Shown: one piece after another, positions 31,102 to 42,088 of the stretch
How positions within the stretch are numbered: position 1 is the stretch's first letter
Layout: each line of letters starts with the position of its first letter
Assembly: GCA_016871195.1 (NCBI GenBank)
Contig: VFZN01000006.1
Span: forward strand, 81,489-145,488
Direction of reading: 5' to 3'
DNA length: 64,000 nucleotides
DNA from: Acidobacteriota bacterium
GTDB taxonomy: Bacteria > Acidobacteriota > Vicinamibacteria > Vicinamibacterales > UBA2999
The notes under the pieces: model-generated
Databases searched by the model: none
Told to the model about the DNA's origin: nothing
What the model saw: the letters and a program-made list of their open reading frames with translations, nothing else
Translations under genes and position numbers: made by a program

Positions 31102-32853
31102 ATGTCGCGTTCGATGCGTTTCGTGCTGGGGTTGCTGGTGGTGGCCACCGTGGGGTCGCTGGCGCTGGTCGGCGGCGTGTATCTGATGATGGGCGGCAGT
31201 CGCACCGTCAGCCAGACCCGCGCGCTCGCGCTGCGCCCGTCCGGGGCGCTGCCCGAGACGGCGTCGGAGTTCGTGCTGGCGGTTGGCAGCGAACGCACCT
31301 TGACCGTGGGAGCGTACGTCGACCTGATCCGGAAGGCCACCCATGACACACGCATTGAGCAGATCGTGCTGCGCCCCGGTGACCTCGGCACCGCCCCTCG
31401 GGCGCGGGTGCAGGAGCTGCGTGCCGCGCTGCAGGGCTTCCGTGCGGCGGGCAAGCACGTCACCGCTTATCTCGAGCAGGGGGGGCGGCAGGCCTATTAT
31501 CTGGCGACGGCGGCGGACCGCATCATCCTGATGCCGACGGCGCAGCTCGACGTGGCCGGGCTTGCATCGTACGACGTGTTCCTGCGGGGCACGTTCGACC
31601 TCATTGGCACGGAGCCCGACTTCGTTCACGTGGGGAAGTACAAGACCGCGGTCAACACGTACACCGAAAAGACCTGGACGCCGCCGCACCGCGAAATGAG
31701 CGAATCGCTGCTCCGGGCGCAGTTCGACGAACTGGTGGCCGGCATCGCCGAGGGACGACACAAGACGACAGACGAGGTGCGTGCCCTGATCGACCAGGGG
31801 CCATTCCTGCCTGAGGACGCCGTGAGGGTCGGGCTGATTGATGACCTGGCGTATGACGATCAGCTCGACGATCTGGATGAGCCGGTGCCGTCGAAGACGA
31901 CGTCGGCGGTTGAGTATCGTGACGTGTCGTGGTCCTCTGTGGGCAAACCCCAGCGGTCGCGCATCGCCGTCATCCATGCCTCCGGCGTGATCACCGAAGG
32001 TGAGAGCCGCAGTGATCCGGTCAATGGTGCAGTGCTGGGGGCCGAGTCATTCATCAAGGACCTGCGGTCTGCGAGAGACAGCGACGTCGAGGCCATCGTC
32101 GTGCGCATCGACAGTCCTGGCGGATCGGCGCAGGCGGCGGACATGATGTGGCGCGAGATGTCGATCAGCAAGTCGGAACGCCTGCCGCTGATCGTGTCGA
32201 TGGGCGATCTGGCCGCGTCGGGCGGGTATTACATGGCTGTGGCCGGCGATGCGATTGTGGCGCAACCCTCGACGCTGACCGGGTCCATTGGGGTCTACAG
32301 CGGCAAGTTCGCGCTTGCGGGCACTCTGGCGAAACTCGGGGTGCACCAGGAAGCCTTGAGCCTCGGCCGCTTTGCGGAAATGACGTCGCCCCTGCGCACC
32401 TTCACCGCGGAAGAGCGGGTGAAGATGACCGAGTCCGTGCAGGCCATTTACGACACGTTCATCGAGCGTGTGGCCGAGGGACGGAAGCAGACGCCCGAAG
32501 CGGTCGACCTCGTCGCTCAGGGCCGGGTGTGGACGGGACGACAGGCCCTTGAGCACGGGCTGGTCGACGCGCTCGGCGGACTGACCGACGCGGTCGCGAT
32601 GGCCAAAGCGCGCGCCGGCGTGGCCGAGGACGAAGAAGTCGAGCTGGTGTTGTATCCGAAGAGCCGGGGCCTCTACGACCTGCTGTCGGGCCAGCTGGGG
32701 CCGTTTGGGGAGAGCCGGGGGACGGCAGCGGAGGCGATGCTGAGCATGCTGTCGCCGCGCGAGCGACAGGTGCTGGCGGCGGTGCTGGCCCCGTCCCGAC
32801 TGTTTAGGATGGGCGAGCCGCTGGCCCACCTTCCCTACGTGCACGAGCCGTAG
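31102..32853 (+). CDS. sppA: Signal peptide peptidase SppA, 67K type (two S49 domains)
   Basis: ATG at 31102 after GGGAAGGAA. N-terminal TM. Tandem ClpP/S49-like halves; second half has MGDLAASGGYYMA. Confidence 0.88.
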   Translation: MSRSMRFVLGLLVVATVGSLALVGGVYLMMGGSRTVSQTRALALRPSGALPETASEFVLAVGSERTLTVGAYVDLIRKATHDTRIEQIVLRPGDLGTAPRARVQELRAALQGFRAAGKHVTAYLEQGGRQAYYLATAADRIILMPTAQLDVAGLASYDVFLRGTFDLIGTEPDFVHVGKYKTAVNTYTEKTWTPPHREMSESLLRAQFDELVAGIAEGRHKTTDEVRALIDQGPFLPEDAVRVGLIDDLAYDDQLDDLDEPVPSKTTSAVEYRDVSWSSVGKPQRSRIAVIHASGVITEGESRSDPVNGAVLGAESFIKDLRSARDSDVEAIVVRIDSPGGSAQAADMMWREMSISKSERLPLIVSMGDLAASGGYYMAVAGDAIVAQPSTLTGSIGVYSGKFALAGTLAKLGVHQEALSLGRFAEMTSPLRTFTAEERVKMTESVQAIYDTFIERVAEGRKQTPEAVDLVAQGRVWTGRQALEHGLVDALGGLTDAVAMAKARAGVAEDEEVELVLYPKSRGLYDLLSGQLGPFGESRGTAAEAMLSMLSPRERQVLAAVLAPSRLFRMGEPLAHLPYVHEP

Positions 32854-32873
32854 GGGAGGCGGGCGGCAGCACG

Positions 32874-34838
32874 TTACCTGGGCAGGGGCAGCGACGGCTG
32901 CGCTGGCACCGGCCCCAGCACCTGCGAGAACAGGGCCTCGTCGGTGGTGATGGTAAAGCCGGCCTTCGCCTTTTCCATGTAGGCCCGGAATGCGCGTTCG
33001 CGGCGCGTGGCCACCAGTTCATCGCGGAGGGGGTCACGCCCGGCGGCCACGGCATCGGTCGTGACCTCGCTGCGCTCGGCGACCCGCAGGATGGCCGTGC
33101 CCGTCGGGGTGTTCAGCGGTTCGCTCACCCCGTTGACCGGCAAGCTGAAGGCCGCCTTCTCGGCGGCCTCGTTCGTGCCGACCTCCGGAAGGGCCGCGCC
33201 ACGCGCCACCAGTTCGGAACTGCGCACCTCAAGCCCCGCCTTCTTGACGGCCGCGGCGAAATCCTTCGCCGTCCGCAGGTCGGCGGCAATCGCGGCGGCC
33301 TTTTGCTGCGCCATCTGTCCGGCTTTCTCGGTGATGATGTCCTCGCGCACGCGGTCGCGCACCTCCGACAGCTGCGGCAGGTAGGAATCCTGACGGCCGG
33401 TGACCGAAGCGATGACCCAGCCGCGCGCGACCCGTTGCGGTGTGCTGACCGCGCCGTCAGCCAGGCCGAACACGGTGGTGGCCAGTTCGGGCTGCATGCC
33501 GAGGTTGCCGACAGGTTCGGTCGTCAGGAAGAATCCGGTCTCCTGCATGGCCAGTGTGCGCTCGCCAGCCAGTTTCTCGAGGTCGGCCAGCGTCTTGGCG
33601 GACGAGGCTACCGCCTTGGCAATCGACTCGGCGTCGGTCTGCGCCTTCTGCCACCGCAGTTGGTCCGCAATCTCTTCCCGCACCTCAGTCACCGGGCGCA
33701 CCACGTCGGGCTGCGTGTCTACCAGCTTGATGATGTGGAAGCCGAACTGTGTCTTCACCAAGTTGCTGATGTCACCGGGCTTCATCAAGAAGGCGGCTGC
33801 CTCGAACTCGGGCACCATGCGTCCGCGCCCAAAGTAGTTGAGGTCGCCACCGAGGTCCTTGTTCGAGGCGTCTTCCGAATGCTGACGGGCCAGGGCGGCG
33901 AAGTCGGCCCCGGGGGCCTTGGCCTGCGCGAGCACTGCCTCGGCCTGCGAGCGCACGGCCGCCTCGTCCTTGCCGGCGGTCTGGAACAGGATATGGCTGG
34001 CACGCACCTGCGCGGGCGTCGTGTACTGGCCGATGTTCTTTGTGTAGAAGTCCTGCACGTCGGCATCGGTGACCGTGACTCCGGCCCGGACCTGCTCGAC
34101 ATCGACCAGCGCATACCTGAACTTGCGGCGTTCGCCGATGCGGTAGGGTTCTTTGTTGGCATCAAAGCGGGCCGAAACGTCGGCATCGGTCACGGTGACC
34201 TGAGACCGGAACGCCGCAGCGGTGACAGGCACCACGTCGACTTTCACCTTCTCATTGCGCCGGCGGTACTCGACATCGACTTCGGCATCACTGACCGTGA
34301 CCCATCCGGCCACGGCCTGCTCCAGCTTGGCTACCAGCAGCTCGCGGCGGATGGCGGCCTCGAACTCGCTGACGGTGTACGGCGGATTGTTGAACTGCAG
34401 CGCCTGGCGGTAGCGCTGCTCGCCGATGAAGCGGCCACCTTCCTGGAAGGAGGGCAGGCTGAGGATGCGCTCGCGCACCTCGGCGTCGGTCACCAGCAGT
34501 CCCTGCCGGCCGGCTTCGGCCACCATTGCCTCTTCATCGATCAGCGCCTGCAGAATCTGGCGGTCGATGCCGAGTTGCCGGAGCATCTGCTCGCTGATCT
34601 GTCCACCGTAGGCCTGACGATAGGCGTTCATCTGCGCGGCGTAGCGGCGGGTGAACGTGCCGACGGTGACAGGTGTGCCGTTTACCGAGGCCAGCGCCTG
34701 ACTCTGCGAGGGGCCGAGGCCCGGCGTGGTGGTGTTCAGAAAATCAGGGAAATACAGCACTACAAACGTGAGGACGACAAGAGCCAGGCTCCACTTGAGC
34801 CATCCTTTGTGTCGACGCATCCGGTCTAGCATGGTCAT
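32874..34838 (-). CDS. ppiD: Membrane-anchored periplasmic chaperone / parvulin-type PPIase, PpiD-like
   Basis: ATG at 34838 with GAGGAA. N-terminal TM (WLKWSLALVVLTFVVLYF), SurA-N-like region, parvulin domain (VRASHILF ... FGFHIIKLV). Confidence 0.75.
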   Translation of the reverse strand: MTMLDRMRRHKGWLKWSLALVVLTFVVLYFPDFLNTTTPGLGPSQSQALASVNGTPVTVGTFTRRYAAQMNAYRQAYGGQISEQMLRQLGIDRQILQALIDEEAMVAEAGRQGLLVTDAEVRERILSLPSFQEGGRFIGEQRYRQALQFNNPPYTVSEFEAAIRRELLVAKLEQAVAGWVTVSDAEVDVEYRRRNEKVKVDVVPVTAAAFRSQVTVTDADVSARFDANKEPYRIGERRKFRYALVDVEQVRAGVTVTDADVQDFYTKNIGQYTTPAQVRASHILFQTAGKDEAAVRSQAEAVLAQAKAPGADFAALARQHSEDASNKDLGGDLNYFGRGRMVPEFEAAAFLMKPGDISNLVKTQFGFHIIKLVDTQPDVVRPVTEVREEIADQLRWQKAQTDAESIAKAVASSAKTLADLEKLAGERTLAMQETGFFLTTEPVGNLGMQPELATTVFGLADGAVSTPQRVARGWVIASVTGRQDSYLPQLSEVRDRVREDIITEKAGQMAQQKAAAIAADLRTAKDFAAAVKKAGLEVRSSELVARGAALPEVGTNEAAEKAAFSLPVNGVSEPLNTPTGTAILRVAERSEVTTDAVAAGRDPLRDELVATRRERAFRAYMEKAKAGFTITTDEALFSQVLGPVPAQPSLPLPR

Positions 34839-34951
34839 TTGCCTAGGTTCCTCGCAAACAAAAATGGTAACACGAAGCCTCGTAGGCCCTGTGGGCCGTG
34901 ATACCGTTGAGAGTGTGCGGGTGCCCTCCGGCCACCTGCACGAGACTGCAC

Positions 34952-35977
34952 ATGGGATTCGGATCACTGTCTTCTTTCTTCTCCACCGACCTGGCCATTG
35001 ACCTCGGCACGGCCAACACCGTCGTCTTCGCCAAGGGCAAGGGCATTGTCGTCAACGAGCCATCGATCGTCGCGGTCAATAAAGGCAACGGCAAGGTCGA
35101 GGCCGTGGGACGCGAGGCCAAGGAGATGCTCGGGCGAACCCCTGGCAACATCGTCGCCATCAAGCCGATGAAGGACGGCGTCATCGCTGACTTCGACGTC
35201 ACCGAGAAGATGCTGACCTACTTCATCAAGAAGGCCCACAACGGCAACGTGTGGATGCGGCCGCGCATCATCATCGGGGTGCCGTCGGAAATCACGCAGG
35301 TGGAAAAGCGTGCGGTCAAGGACGCGGCCTACCGAGCCAAGGCCAGCGAAGTCTTCCTGCTCGAGGAGGCCATGGCCGCGGCTATCGGTGCCGGATTACC
35401 CATCACCGAGCCTGCCGGCAGCATGGTCGTCGACATCGGGGGGGGCACCACCGACGTCGCGGTCATTTCGCTGTCGGGCATCGTGTATAGCAAGGCCGTG
35501 CGCGTGGCTGGCAACGAGATGGACGAGGCCATTACCCAATACATTCGCAAGCACCACAATCTGCTGATTGGCGAGCGCACCGCCGAGCAGATCAAGATGG
35601 ACATCGGGTCGGCGTTCCCCTTGGACCATCGCGCCACGATGGAAATCAAGGGCCGGCATCTCATTGAGGGCGTGCCCAAGACCATCACGGTCTCGGACGA
35701 AGAGATCCGAGAGGCGCTGGCGGAAACCATCGACGTCATTGTCGACGCCGTGCGGGTGGCCCTCGAGCGGACCCCCCCGGAACTCTCCGCCGACATTGTG
35801 GACCGCGGCATCGTCGTCACCGGCGGTGGCTCGCTGCTGAAGAACCTCGACAAGCGCCTGCGTCAGGAAACCGGTCTGCCGGTGACCAATGCCGAGGACC
35901 CCCTGTCGTCTGTGGTGCTCGGCGTCGGCCGCATGCTGGACGAATTCGAACTGCTCCGGAAGGTCGCCATCGACTGA
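34952..35977 (+). CDS. mreB: Rod shape-determining protein MreB
   Basis: [26 protein letters not shown]..., actin-fold motifs [10 protein letters not shown]. Confidence 0.97.
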   Translation: MGFGSLSSFFSTDLAIDLGTANTVVFAKGKGIVVNEPSIVAVNKGNGKVEAVGREAKEMLGRTPGNIVAIKPMKDGVIADFDVTEKMLTYFIKKAHNGNVWMRPRIIIGVPSEITQVEKRAVKDAAYRAKASEVFLLEEAMAAAIGAGLPITEPAGSMVVDIGGGTTDVAVISLSGIVYSKAVRVAGNEMDEAITQYIRKHHNLLIGERTAEQIKMDIGSAFPLDHRATMEIKGRHLIEGVPKTITVSDEEIREALAETIDVIVDAVRVALERTPPELSADIVDRGIVVTGGGSLLKNLDKRLRQETGLPVTNAEDPLSSVVLGVGRMLDEFELLRKVAID

Positions 35978-35983
35978 CGCGTC

Positions 35984-36835
35984 ATGGCCCGTGTCGAGCT
36001 CCTCCAGCGGCCGCTGCCACTGCTGGCCGCGGCGGTGCTGCTGCACCTGTCAATCATCTCCGCGCAGGTCACGACGTCCTCGGGCCTGCCGCTGGTGCAG
36101 GCCGTGGCGTTCGGCGCCGTGGCCGAGATGCAGCGACTGGTGATGGCGACCGGGGGGGCAGTCGCGGACGCGTGGCAGGGGTATGTGGCGCTGCGCGGCG
36201 CCCACGAGGACAACAGGCGGCTGCGTGGCGCGGTGCAGCAACTGGAACTGCGGCTGCAGGAAGAGCGGGCCCTCGCGCAGCAGGCGGCCGAGCTTCGGCG
36301 GCTGCTGGACCTGAAGGCGATGGCCCCCGTCGCGACGACGGCGGCAGACATCATCGGGGCATCTGGCACATCGGGCTACCGCGCGATTCTCATCAACAAG
36401 GGACGGCAGGACGGCATCGATGCCGACATGGCGATTCTGTCGACGGCCGGCGTGGTGGGGCGCGTGGCTCAGCCCGGACTGCATACCGCGAAAGTGCAAC
36501 TGCTGATGGACCGCACCGCTGCCATCGGGGCCCTGGTCGAGCGGTCGCGGGCGCAGGGCGTGGTGGCGGGGACCGGCGACCAGCTGCTGCAGTTGCAGTA
36601 TGTCTCTGGCCTGGCCGACGTGCGCCAAGGCGACGTTGTGGTGTCGTCAGGTATCGACGGCGTGTATCCCCCCGGGTTTGTCATCGGTACGGTCGTGCTA
36701 GTCGATCGCGGCCCGGCCAGCTACCGGGAGATTCGGATCCGACCGGCGGTGGATGTCACGCAGGTGGGGCAGGTGCTGGTAGTCACCGAACCGACGCGCA
36801 GGGCGGGTGATACCGCGGGTGCCGTTCAGCCATGA
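35984..36835 (+). CDS. mreC: Rod shape-determining protein MreC
   Basis: Position after mreB. TM, coiled-coil (ENRRLRGAVQQLELRLQEE), beta-barrel region with GDVVVSSGIDGVYPPGF. Confidence 0.9.
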   Translation: MARVELLQRPLPLLAAAVLLHLSIISAQVTTSSGLPLVQAVAFGAVAEMQRLVMATGGAVADAWQGYVALRGAHEDNRRLRGAVQQLELRLQEERALAQQAAELRRLLDLKAMAPVATTAADIIGASGTSGYRAILINKGRQDGIDADMAILSTAGVVGRVAQPGLHTAKVQLLMDRTAAIGALVERSRAQGVVAGTGDQLLQLQYVSGLADVRQGDVVVSSGIDGVYPPGFVIGTVVLVDRGPASYREIRIRPAVDVTQVGQVLVVTEPTRRAGDTAGAVQP

Positions 36836-37335
36836 CGCCCACTCGCGCCACGGTGCTGCTAGTGCTGGCGGTGGCTGCGCAGAATTCGCTGCCCCGCATG
36901 GCCCTCTGGCTGTCTGGCCTCGACTTCGTGCTGATGGCCGTTGTGGCGGTGGCGCTGCGGTCAGGCCCGGGGGCGGGCGTGGTTGCCGGCACGGTGGCGG
37001 GTCTCGTGCAGGATGCGTTCGGCACCGGACTGCTCGGGATCGGGGCGCTCGGCCAGACAGTCGCCGGGTTTGCCGCCGGTGCTGTGGCGGGGCAGTTCAT
37101 CCTCGGCAGTCCGCTGGCCCGGCTGGCCATCTATCTGGGGGCCAGCCTGATTCACGGCCTGATTGTCGCGGTGTTTCTCGGACTCACGACCGACGCGGCG
37201 AGTCCCGTGTCAGTGACTCTGGCCGTGGCCGAGGCGCTCGGCACGGCCGCTGGCGGCGTGACGTCCGAACAGGTGGCCGAGTGGTGGCGGCTCACGTGGC
37301 TGCGGCGGGCCCACCGGACGGGCCCGCGCGCGTGA
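36832..37335 (+). CDS. mreD: Rod shape-determining protein MreD
   Basis: ATGA overlap with mreC. Small polytopic hydrophobic protein in the canonical position. Confidence 0.75.
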   Translation: MTPTRATVLLVLAVAAQNSLPRMALWLSGLDFVLMAVVAVALRSGPGAGVVAGTVAGLVQDAFGTGLLGIGALGQTVAGFAAGAVAGQFILGSPLARLAIYLGASLIHGLIVAVFLGLTTDAASPVSVTLAVAEALGTAAGGVTSEQVAEWWRLTWLRRAHRTGPRA

Positions 37336-37378
37336 TGAAGCCCTCGCCATCCCCGGACCGCTCCGCTAGGATAAGACC

Positions 37379-39325
37379 GTGACTGTGCCGGCCGAAGAAC
37401 GCTTCCGTCTTGCCCTCCGCCTGCGCTGGCTGCAGGGGACGACGGTGGCCGTGTTCCTGCTGCTGGCCGGGGTGTTCTGGTACTACCAGGTGGTGCAGCA
37501 CGCGCGTTTCCGCGAGATGGCCGAGAACAACCACCTGCGCACGATGCCGATGCGGGCGCCGCGCGGCGTCATCGTGGACAGACGCGGCGAAGTGCTGGTC
37601 GATAACCGACGTGCCCTGATGATTGCGATCGTGCGCGAGCAGAGCCGCGACCTCGACGCCACGATTGTCCGGTTGGCTCAGGTGTTGGACCTCGACGATG
37701 GTGAGATGCGCGCCCTGGTGCAGCGCCACCGCCGCGAACCCACCTACCGTCCGATTGTCATCGTCCCCGATGCGACGCTGGCACAGGTAGCGGCGGTCAG
37801 TGCCCGGAGACTCGACCACGAACTGTCCGGCGTGATTGTGCAGGAGGTGCCGACGCGCGAGTATCCCCAGGCCACGCTGGCGGCGCACCTCATCGGCTAC
37901 GTGGGCGAGGCCAGTGAGCAGCAGACCACGCAGGACGGCCTCACGGCCGGCGCCGTCGTGGGCCAGTCGGGTATCGAGCGCATCTACAACCGGCTGCTGA
38001 TGGGCGAGGACGGTTCGCGTCGCGTGGTGGTCAACAGCGTCGGCCGCGAGATTCGCACGCTGGATGCCTTGCCGCCCTCGGAAGGTCAGCGTGTGCGCGT
38101 GTCGATTGACGCAGCCATGCAGCGTGCCGCCGATGATGCCTTCACGGCGCTGGGGTACGCGGGTGCCGCGGTCGTCCTTGACGTGCGCAACGGTGACGTT
38201 CTGACGATGACCAGCCGGCCGGCGTATGACCCGAATGCGTTTGCCAGCGGCATTGATCGCAGCACCTGGGCGGCCCTCAACACCGACGCGCAGCGTCCCC
38301 TGCAGAACCGCGCCATTCAGGGGCGATATTCCCCAGGGTCGACCTTCAAGATTGCCATGGCGGCGGCCGCCCTCGAAGAAGGCATCGTGACGCCCGACGA
38401 GAAAATTTTCTGCCCGGGCGGAGCGACTTTCTTCGGGCGCTTCTTCAAATGCAACGCGGCCCACGGACACGGCTGGATGGACCTGGCGCACGCCCTTGAG
38501 AAGTCGTGCAACGTCTATTTCTACACGGTCGGGAACAAACTGGGGATCGAGCGGATTCACGCGTGGGCCGACCGGCTCGGACTGGCCGGGCGGTCGGGTA
38601 TCGACCTGCCGAATGAAGTGCCGAGCCTCGTGCCCTCGCCTGAGTGGAAGCGGCAGCGGACCGGCGAGCGCTGGTATGCCGGCGAGACCATTTCGGTGTC
38701 GATTGGGCAAGGACAGGTGTCGGTAACGCCGATGTCGATGGCGCTGATGATGGCCAGTATCGCGCGCGGGGGCGAGCGCCTGACCCCGCGCCTGGTCACC
38801 GACGTGTTTGACGGCGACGCCTGGAGCCCGGCCCCGCGTGAGGCGTCGACGACTGCACCGGTCGGTCCGAGGTTGAAGCCTGAGACCGTCGCGGCCATTC
38901 ATGAAGGCCTGTGGCTGGCCGTTAACGGATCGGGCACTGCCCGCAGTGCCCGCATCGCCGGGCGCGATGTGGCGGGGAAGACCGGCACGGCCCAGGTGAT
39001 TTCGAATGAGGGGAAGGCCCGCGCCGGAGCGAACCGGGCCGACCTGCGTGACCACGGCTGGTTCGTGTTCATGGCACCGAAGGACCGTCCCGAGGTGGCC
39101 GGCGTGGTCTTTGCCGAGCACGCCGAACACGGTTCGTCGGCCGCCCCGATTGCGCGGCACCTGCTCGAAACCTATTTCGCCGGGAAGGACGGCGCGGCGC
39201 TGCCGACGTTTGCCGCCCCGGCGGTGCCCGGGACGGTGGTTCCGGGAGGGCCTGCCGCTCCTGCGGCCCCCCGACGTCCGGTGGGGACCACGGCCGCCGC
39301 CGCGGGTGATGGCGCGCCATGGTGA
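37379..39325 (+). CDS. mrdA: Penicillin-binding protein 2 (elongasome transpeptidase)
   Basis: N-terminal TM; SxxK (GSTFKI) and KTGTA motifs. Followed by rodA. Confidence 0.93.
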   Translation: MTVPAEERFRLALRLRWLQGTTVAVFLLLAGVFWYYQVVQHARFREMAENNHLRTMPMRAPRGVIVDRRGEVLVDNRRALMIAIVREQSRDLDATIVRLAQVLDLDDGEMRALVQRHRREPTYRPIVIVPDATLAQVAAVSARRLDHELSGVIVQEVPTREYPQATLAAHLIGYVGEASEQQTTQDGLTAGAVVGQSGIERIYNRLLMGEDGSRRVVVNSVGREIRTLDALPPSEGQRVRVSIDAAMQRAADDAFTALGYAGAAVVLDVRNGDVLTMTSRPAYDPNAFASGIDRSTWAALNTDAQRPLQNRAIQGRYSPGSTFKIAMAAAALEEGIVTPDEKIFCPGGATFFGRFFKCNAAHGHGWMDLAHALEKSCNVYFYTVGNKLGIERIHAWADRLGLAGRSGIDLPNEVPSLVPSPEWKRQRTGERWYAGETISVSIGQGQVSVTPMSMALMMASIARGGERLTPRLVTDVFDGDAWSPAPREASTTAPVGPRLKPETVAAIHEGLWLAVNGSGTARSARIAGRDVAGKTGTAQVISNEGKARAGANRADLRDHGWFVFMAPKDRPEVAGVVFAEHAEHGSSAAPIARHLLETYFAGKDGAALPTFAAPAVPGTVVPGGPAAPAAPRRPVGTTAAAAGDGAPW

Positions 39326-40404
39326 ACCGACGGCTGCTTGAGCACATCGACTGGGCGCTGCTGCTCGCGGTGCTGGCCCTCTGCGCGCTGGGGTTGGCGA
39401 CCATCTACTCGGCGACGGGTGGCGCGACCACGGTCTACTGGACACAGGTGTACGCGCTGGTGTTGGGCCTGCTGGCCCTGGTGGTGGCGATGTCCATTGA
39501 CTATCGCCTGCTGGGGGACACCTCGCATCTGATTTATCTCGGCATCGTGCTGTTGCTGGTGGCGGTGATGGCCGTGGGCGCCGTGAGAGGCGGCGCCCGC
39601 CGCTGGCTGGATCTTGGGGTTTTCAACCTGCAGCCCTCGGAATTTGCCAAGGCCGCGCTGGCCCTGGTGCTGGCCAAGTTCCTCGCGGACGGCGACCGTC
39701 GCGGCCTCTCGAATCAGCAACTGCGCATGGCATGCGTCATGACTGCCGTGCCCGTGTTGCTCATCGCGCGGCAGCCGGACCTCGGCACTGCCGTCACGCT
39801 CTTGCCGGTGCTGCTCGTGGTCACCATTGCAGCAGGCCTGCCGATGCGCTACCTCGCGGCGCTGGCGATCGTGGCGGCGATTGCCGCGCCGCTGATTTAC
39901 ACGTTCGCCCTGCAGGATTACCAGCGCGGACGCATCGAGACCTTCCTCGATCCGGAGAAGGATGCACGGGGCGCCGGCTATCAGCAGATTCAGGCCCGCA
40001 TCACGGTCGGGTCGGGCGGGCTCTGGGGCCAGGGCTTCATGCAGGGGAACCAGGCGCAGTTACGGTTCCTGCCGGTCTCGCACAACGACTTCATCTTCTC
40101 GGTGCTGGCCGAAGAGCAGGGATTTGTCGGCGTGGTCGTGGCGCTCGGGCTGTATCTCTTCGTCATCATCCGATCCATCGACGCCGCCCGGCTCGCCAAG
40201 GACCCGCTCGGCAGCTATCTGGTCCTGGGCGTGCTGGCCTCCTTCACGTTCCAGGTTATCTATAACATCACCATGTCGGCCGGCCTCGTGCCGGTCAAGG
40301 GACTGACCCTGCCGCTCATGAGCTACGGCGGGTCATCGCTCATTGCGACACTGGCGGCTTTCGGCCTCATCCTGAATGTGCGAATGCGGCGCTTCACGAA
40401 TTGA
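39319..40404 (+). CDS. rodA: SEDS-family peptidoglycan polymerase RodA
   Basis: 7-nt overlap with mrdA. LQPSEFAK, RQPDLGTA and the multi-TM FtsW/RodA/SpoVE pattern. Confidence 0.93.
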   Translation: MVNRRLLEHIDWALLLAVLALCALGLATIYSATGGATTVYWTQVYALVLGLLALVVAMSIDYRLLGDTSHLIYLGIVLLLVAVMAVGAVRGGARRWLDLGVFNLQPSEFAKAALALVLAKFLADGDRRGLSNQQLRMACVMTAVPVLLIARQPDLGTAVTLLPVLLVVTIAAGLPMRYLAALAIVAAIAAPLIYTFALQDYQRGRIETFLDPEKDARGAGYQQIQARITVGSGGLWGQGFMQGNQAQLRFLPVSHNDFIFSVLAEEQGFVGVVVALGLYLFVIIRSIDAARLAKDPLGSYLVLGVLASFTFQVIYNITMSAGLVPVKGLTLPLMSYGGSSLIATLAAFGLILNVRMRRFTN

Positions 40405-40411
40405 CGACCCC

Positions 40412-41983
40412 ATGAACAAGGAAATGATCATCGCGTCCAACGGCCACGAAACCCGCGTGGCTATCCTCGAGGACGACCAGCTGGCCGAAATGTTTGTCGA
40501 GCGCGAGCGCAACCGCGGCGTCGTCGGCAATGTCTACAAGGGCCGTGTATCGAAGGTGCTGCCCGGCATGCAGTCGTCGTTCATCGACCTCGGTCTCGAG
40601 CGCGACGGGTTCCTCTACGTGTCGGATGTCATCACGAACCTCGAGGAATTCGACGCCGGTGACGACGAACCCGAGGTGAAGCCGCGCGGCGACGAGGCCG
40701 CAAAGGACGGCGCACGCGAGGCGGGCGACAAGCCACGCGAGAAGGCTGCCGCGCCCGAGGCCAAGATCGAAGAGCTGCTGAAGGAAGGACAGGACGTGGT
40801 GGTGCAGGTGGCGAAAGAGCCGCTCGGCACCAAGGGGGCGCGACTCACGTGCCACGTCACGCTGCCCGGACGCTTTCTGGTCTTCATGCCGACGGTCGAC
40901 CACATCGGCATTTCGCGCAAGATTGCCACGCGCGAGGAGCGCACCCGCCTGCGGGGCATCGTCAAGGAGTTCCGCGAGCAGCATCACTTCGGCGGCGGGG
41001 TCATCATCCGCACGGCGGCCGAGGGGCGGACCAAGGACGACATCCTCGCCGACCTGCACTATTTCCACAAGATCTGGCTCGAGATGCGGAGCAAGTCCGA
41101 AGGCCGGCGGTCGCCGGCGGTCATCTATCAGGAGCCCAGCCTCGTCAACAAGCTGCTGCGCGATCTGCTGACGGACGACTACACGGCGATTCGCATCGAC
41201 AACAAGGCCGATTACGAGCGCATCCTCGAGTTCATCGGGCGCATCATGCCGTCGCTGGCGCCGCTCGTGAAGCTGTACGACAAGGACTATCCGATTTTCG
41301 ACGAGTACGGCGTGCAGGCCGAGCTCGACAAGGCCCTCCGCAGCAAGGTCTGGCTCAAGTCAGGCGGGTCGATCGTCATCAACCAGACCGAGGCGCTGGT
41401 GGCCATCGACGTCAACACGGGCCGGTATGTCGGCAAGAAGACAGCCGGTCGTCTGGAAGACACCATCATCAAGACGAACCTCGAGGCGGCGAAGGAAATC
41501 GTCCGCCAGATTCGCCTGCGCGATCTCGGCGGCATCATCGTCTGCGACTTCATCGACATGGAGGAGAAGAAGAACCGCCAGAAGGTGTTTCAGGCGGTCG
41601 AGCAGGAGCTGCGCAAGGATCGGGCACCCTCGAAGGCGTTGCAGGTCTCAGACTTCGGGCTGGTGATCGTGACGCGCAAGCGCGTCAAGCAGAGCCTCGA
41701 ACGCGTGCTGACCGAGCCCTGCCCCTACTGCTCAGGAGCCGGCACGATCAAGTCGAGTGCCACGGTGTGCTACGAAATTCTCACGGAAGTGAAGAAGGTC
41801 GGGGTTGACCTCGATGGTCCCGGGGTGCTGCTGCGCGTGAATCCCGATATTGCCCGGGCCCTCAAGGAAGAGGAGCGCGGCGTGCTGCGCGACCTCAAGC
41901 AGTTCCTGGGTCGTGACGTGATTGTGAAGCCGGATGTGCACCTGCACCACGAGCAGTTCGACGTGATGTCGATCGGCGGCTGA
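40412..41983 (+). CDS. rng: Ribonuclease G (RNase E/G family)
   Basis: ATG at 40412 (MNKEMII). S1 domain GNVYKGRVSKVLPGMQSSFIDLG, DNase-I-like IDVNTG, Zn-link CPYCSGAGT. Confidence 0.92.
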   Translation: MNKEMIIASNGHETRVAILEDDQLAEMFVERERNRGVVGNVYKGRVSKVLPGMQSSFIDLGLERDGFLYVSDVITNLEEFDAGDDEPEVKPRGDEAAKDGAREAGDKPREKAAAPEAKIEELLKEGQDVVVQVAKEPLGTKGARLTCHVTLPGRFLVFMPTVDHIGISRKIATREERTRLRGIVKEFREQHHFGGGVIIRTAAEGRTKDDILADLHYFHKIWLEMRSKSEGRRSPAVIYQEPSLVNKLLRDLLTDDYTAIRIDNKADYERILEFIGRIMPSLAPLVKLYDKDYPIFDEYGVQAELDKALRSKVWLKSGGSIVINQTEALVAIDVNTGRYVGKKTAGRLEDTIIKTNLEAAKEIVRQIRLRDLGGIIVCDFIDMEEKKNRQKVFQAVEQELRKDRAPSKALQVSDFGLVIVTRKRVKQSLERVLTEPCPYCSGAGTIKSSATVCYEILTEVKKVGVDLDGPGVLLRVNPDIARALKEEERGVLRDLKQFLGRDVIVKPDVHLHHEQFDVMSIGG

Positions 41984-42013
41984 GCGCCGACGGCGATTCG
42001 GACGTACATACAT

Positions 42014-42050
42014 CGGGCCGGCTGTCCGCGGTGTGCGGAAGACCGGCCCG
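42014..42050. terminator. Bidirectional hairpin between convergent rng and the small secreted protein gene
   Basis: cgggccgg...ccggcccg outer stem with nested tccgc-ggtgt-gcgga. Confidence 0.6.
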
Positions 42051-42088
42051 AACTGTCTCAGCGGTAGCGGCTGGTCGGTGCCCCGCGC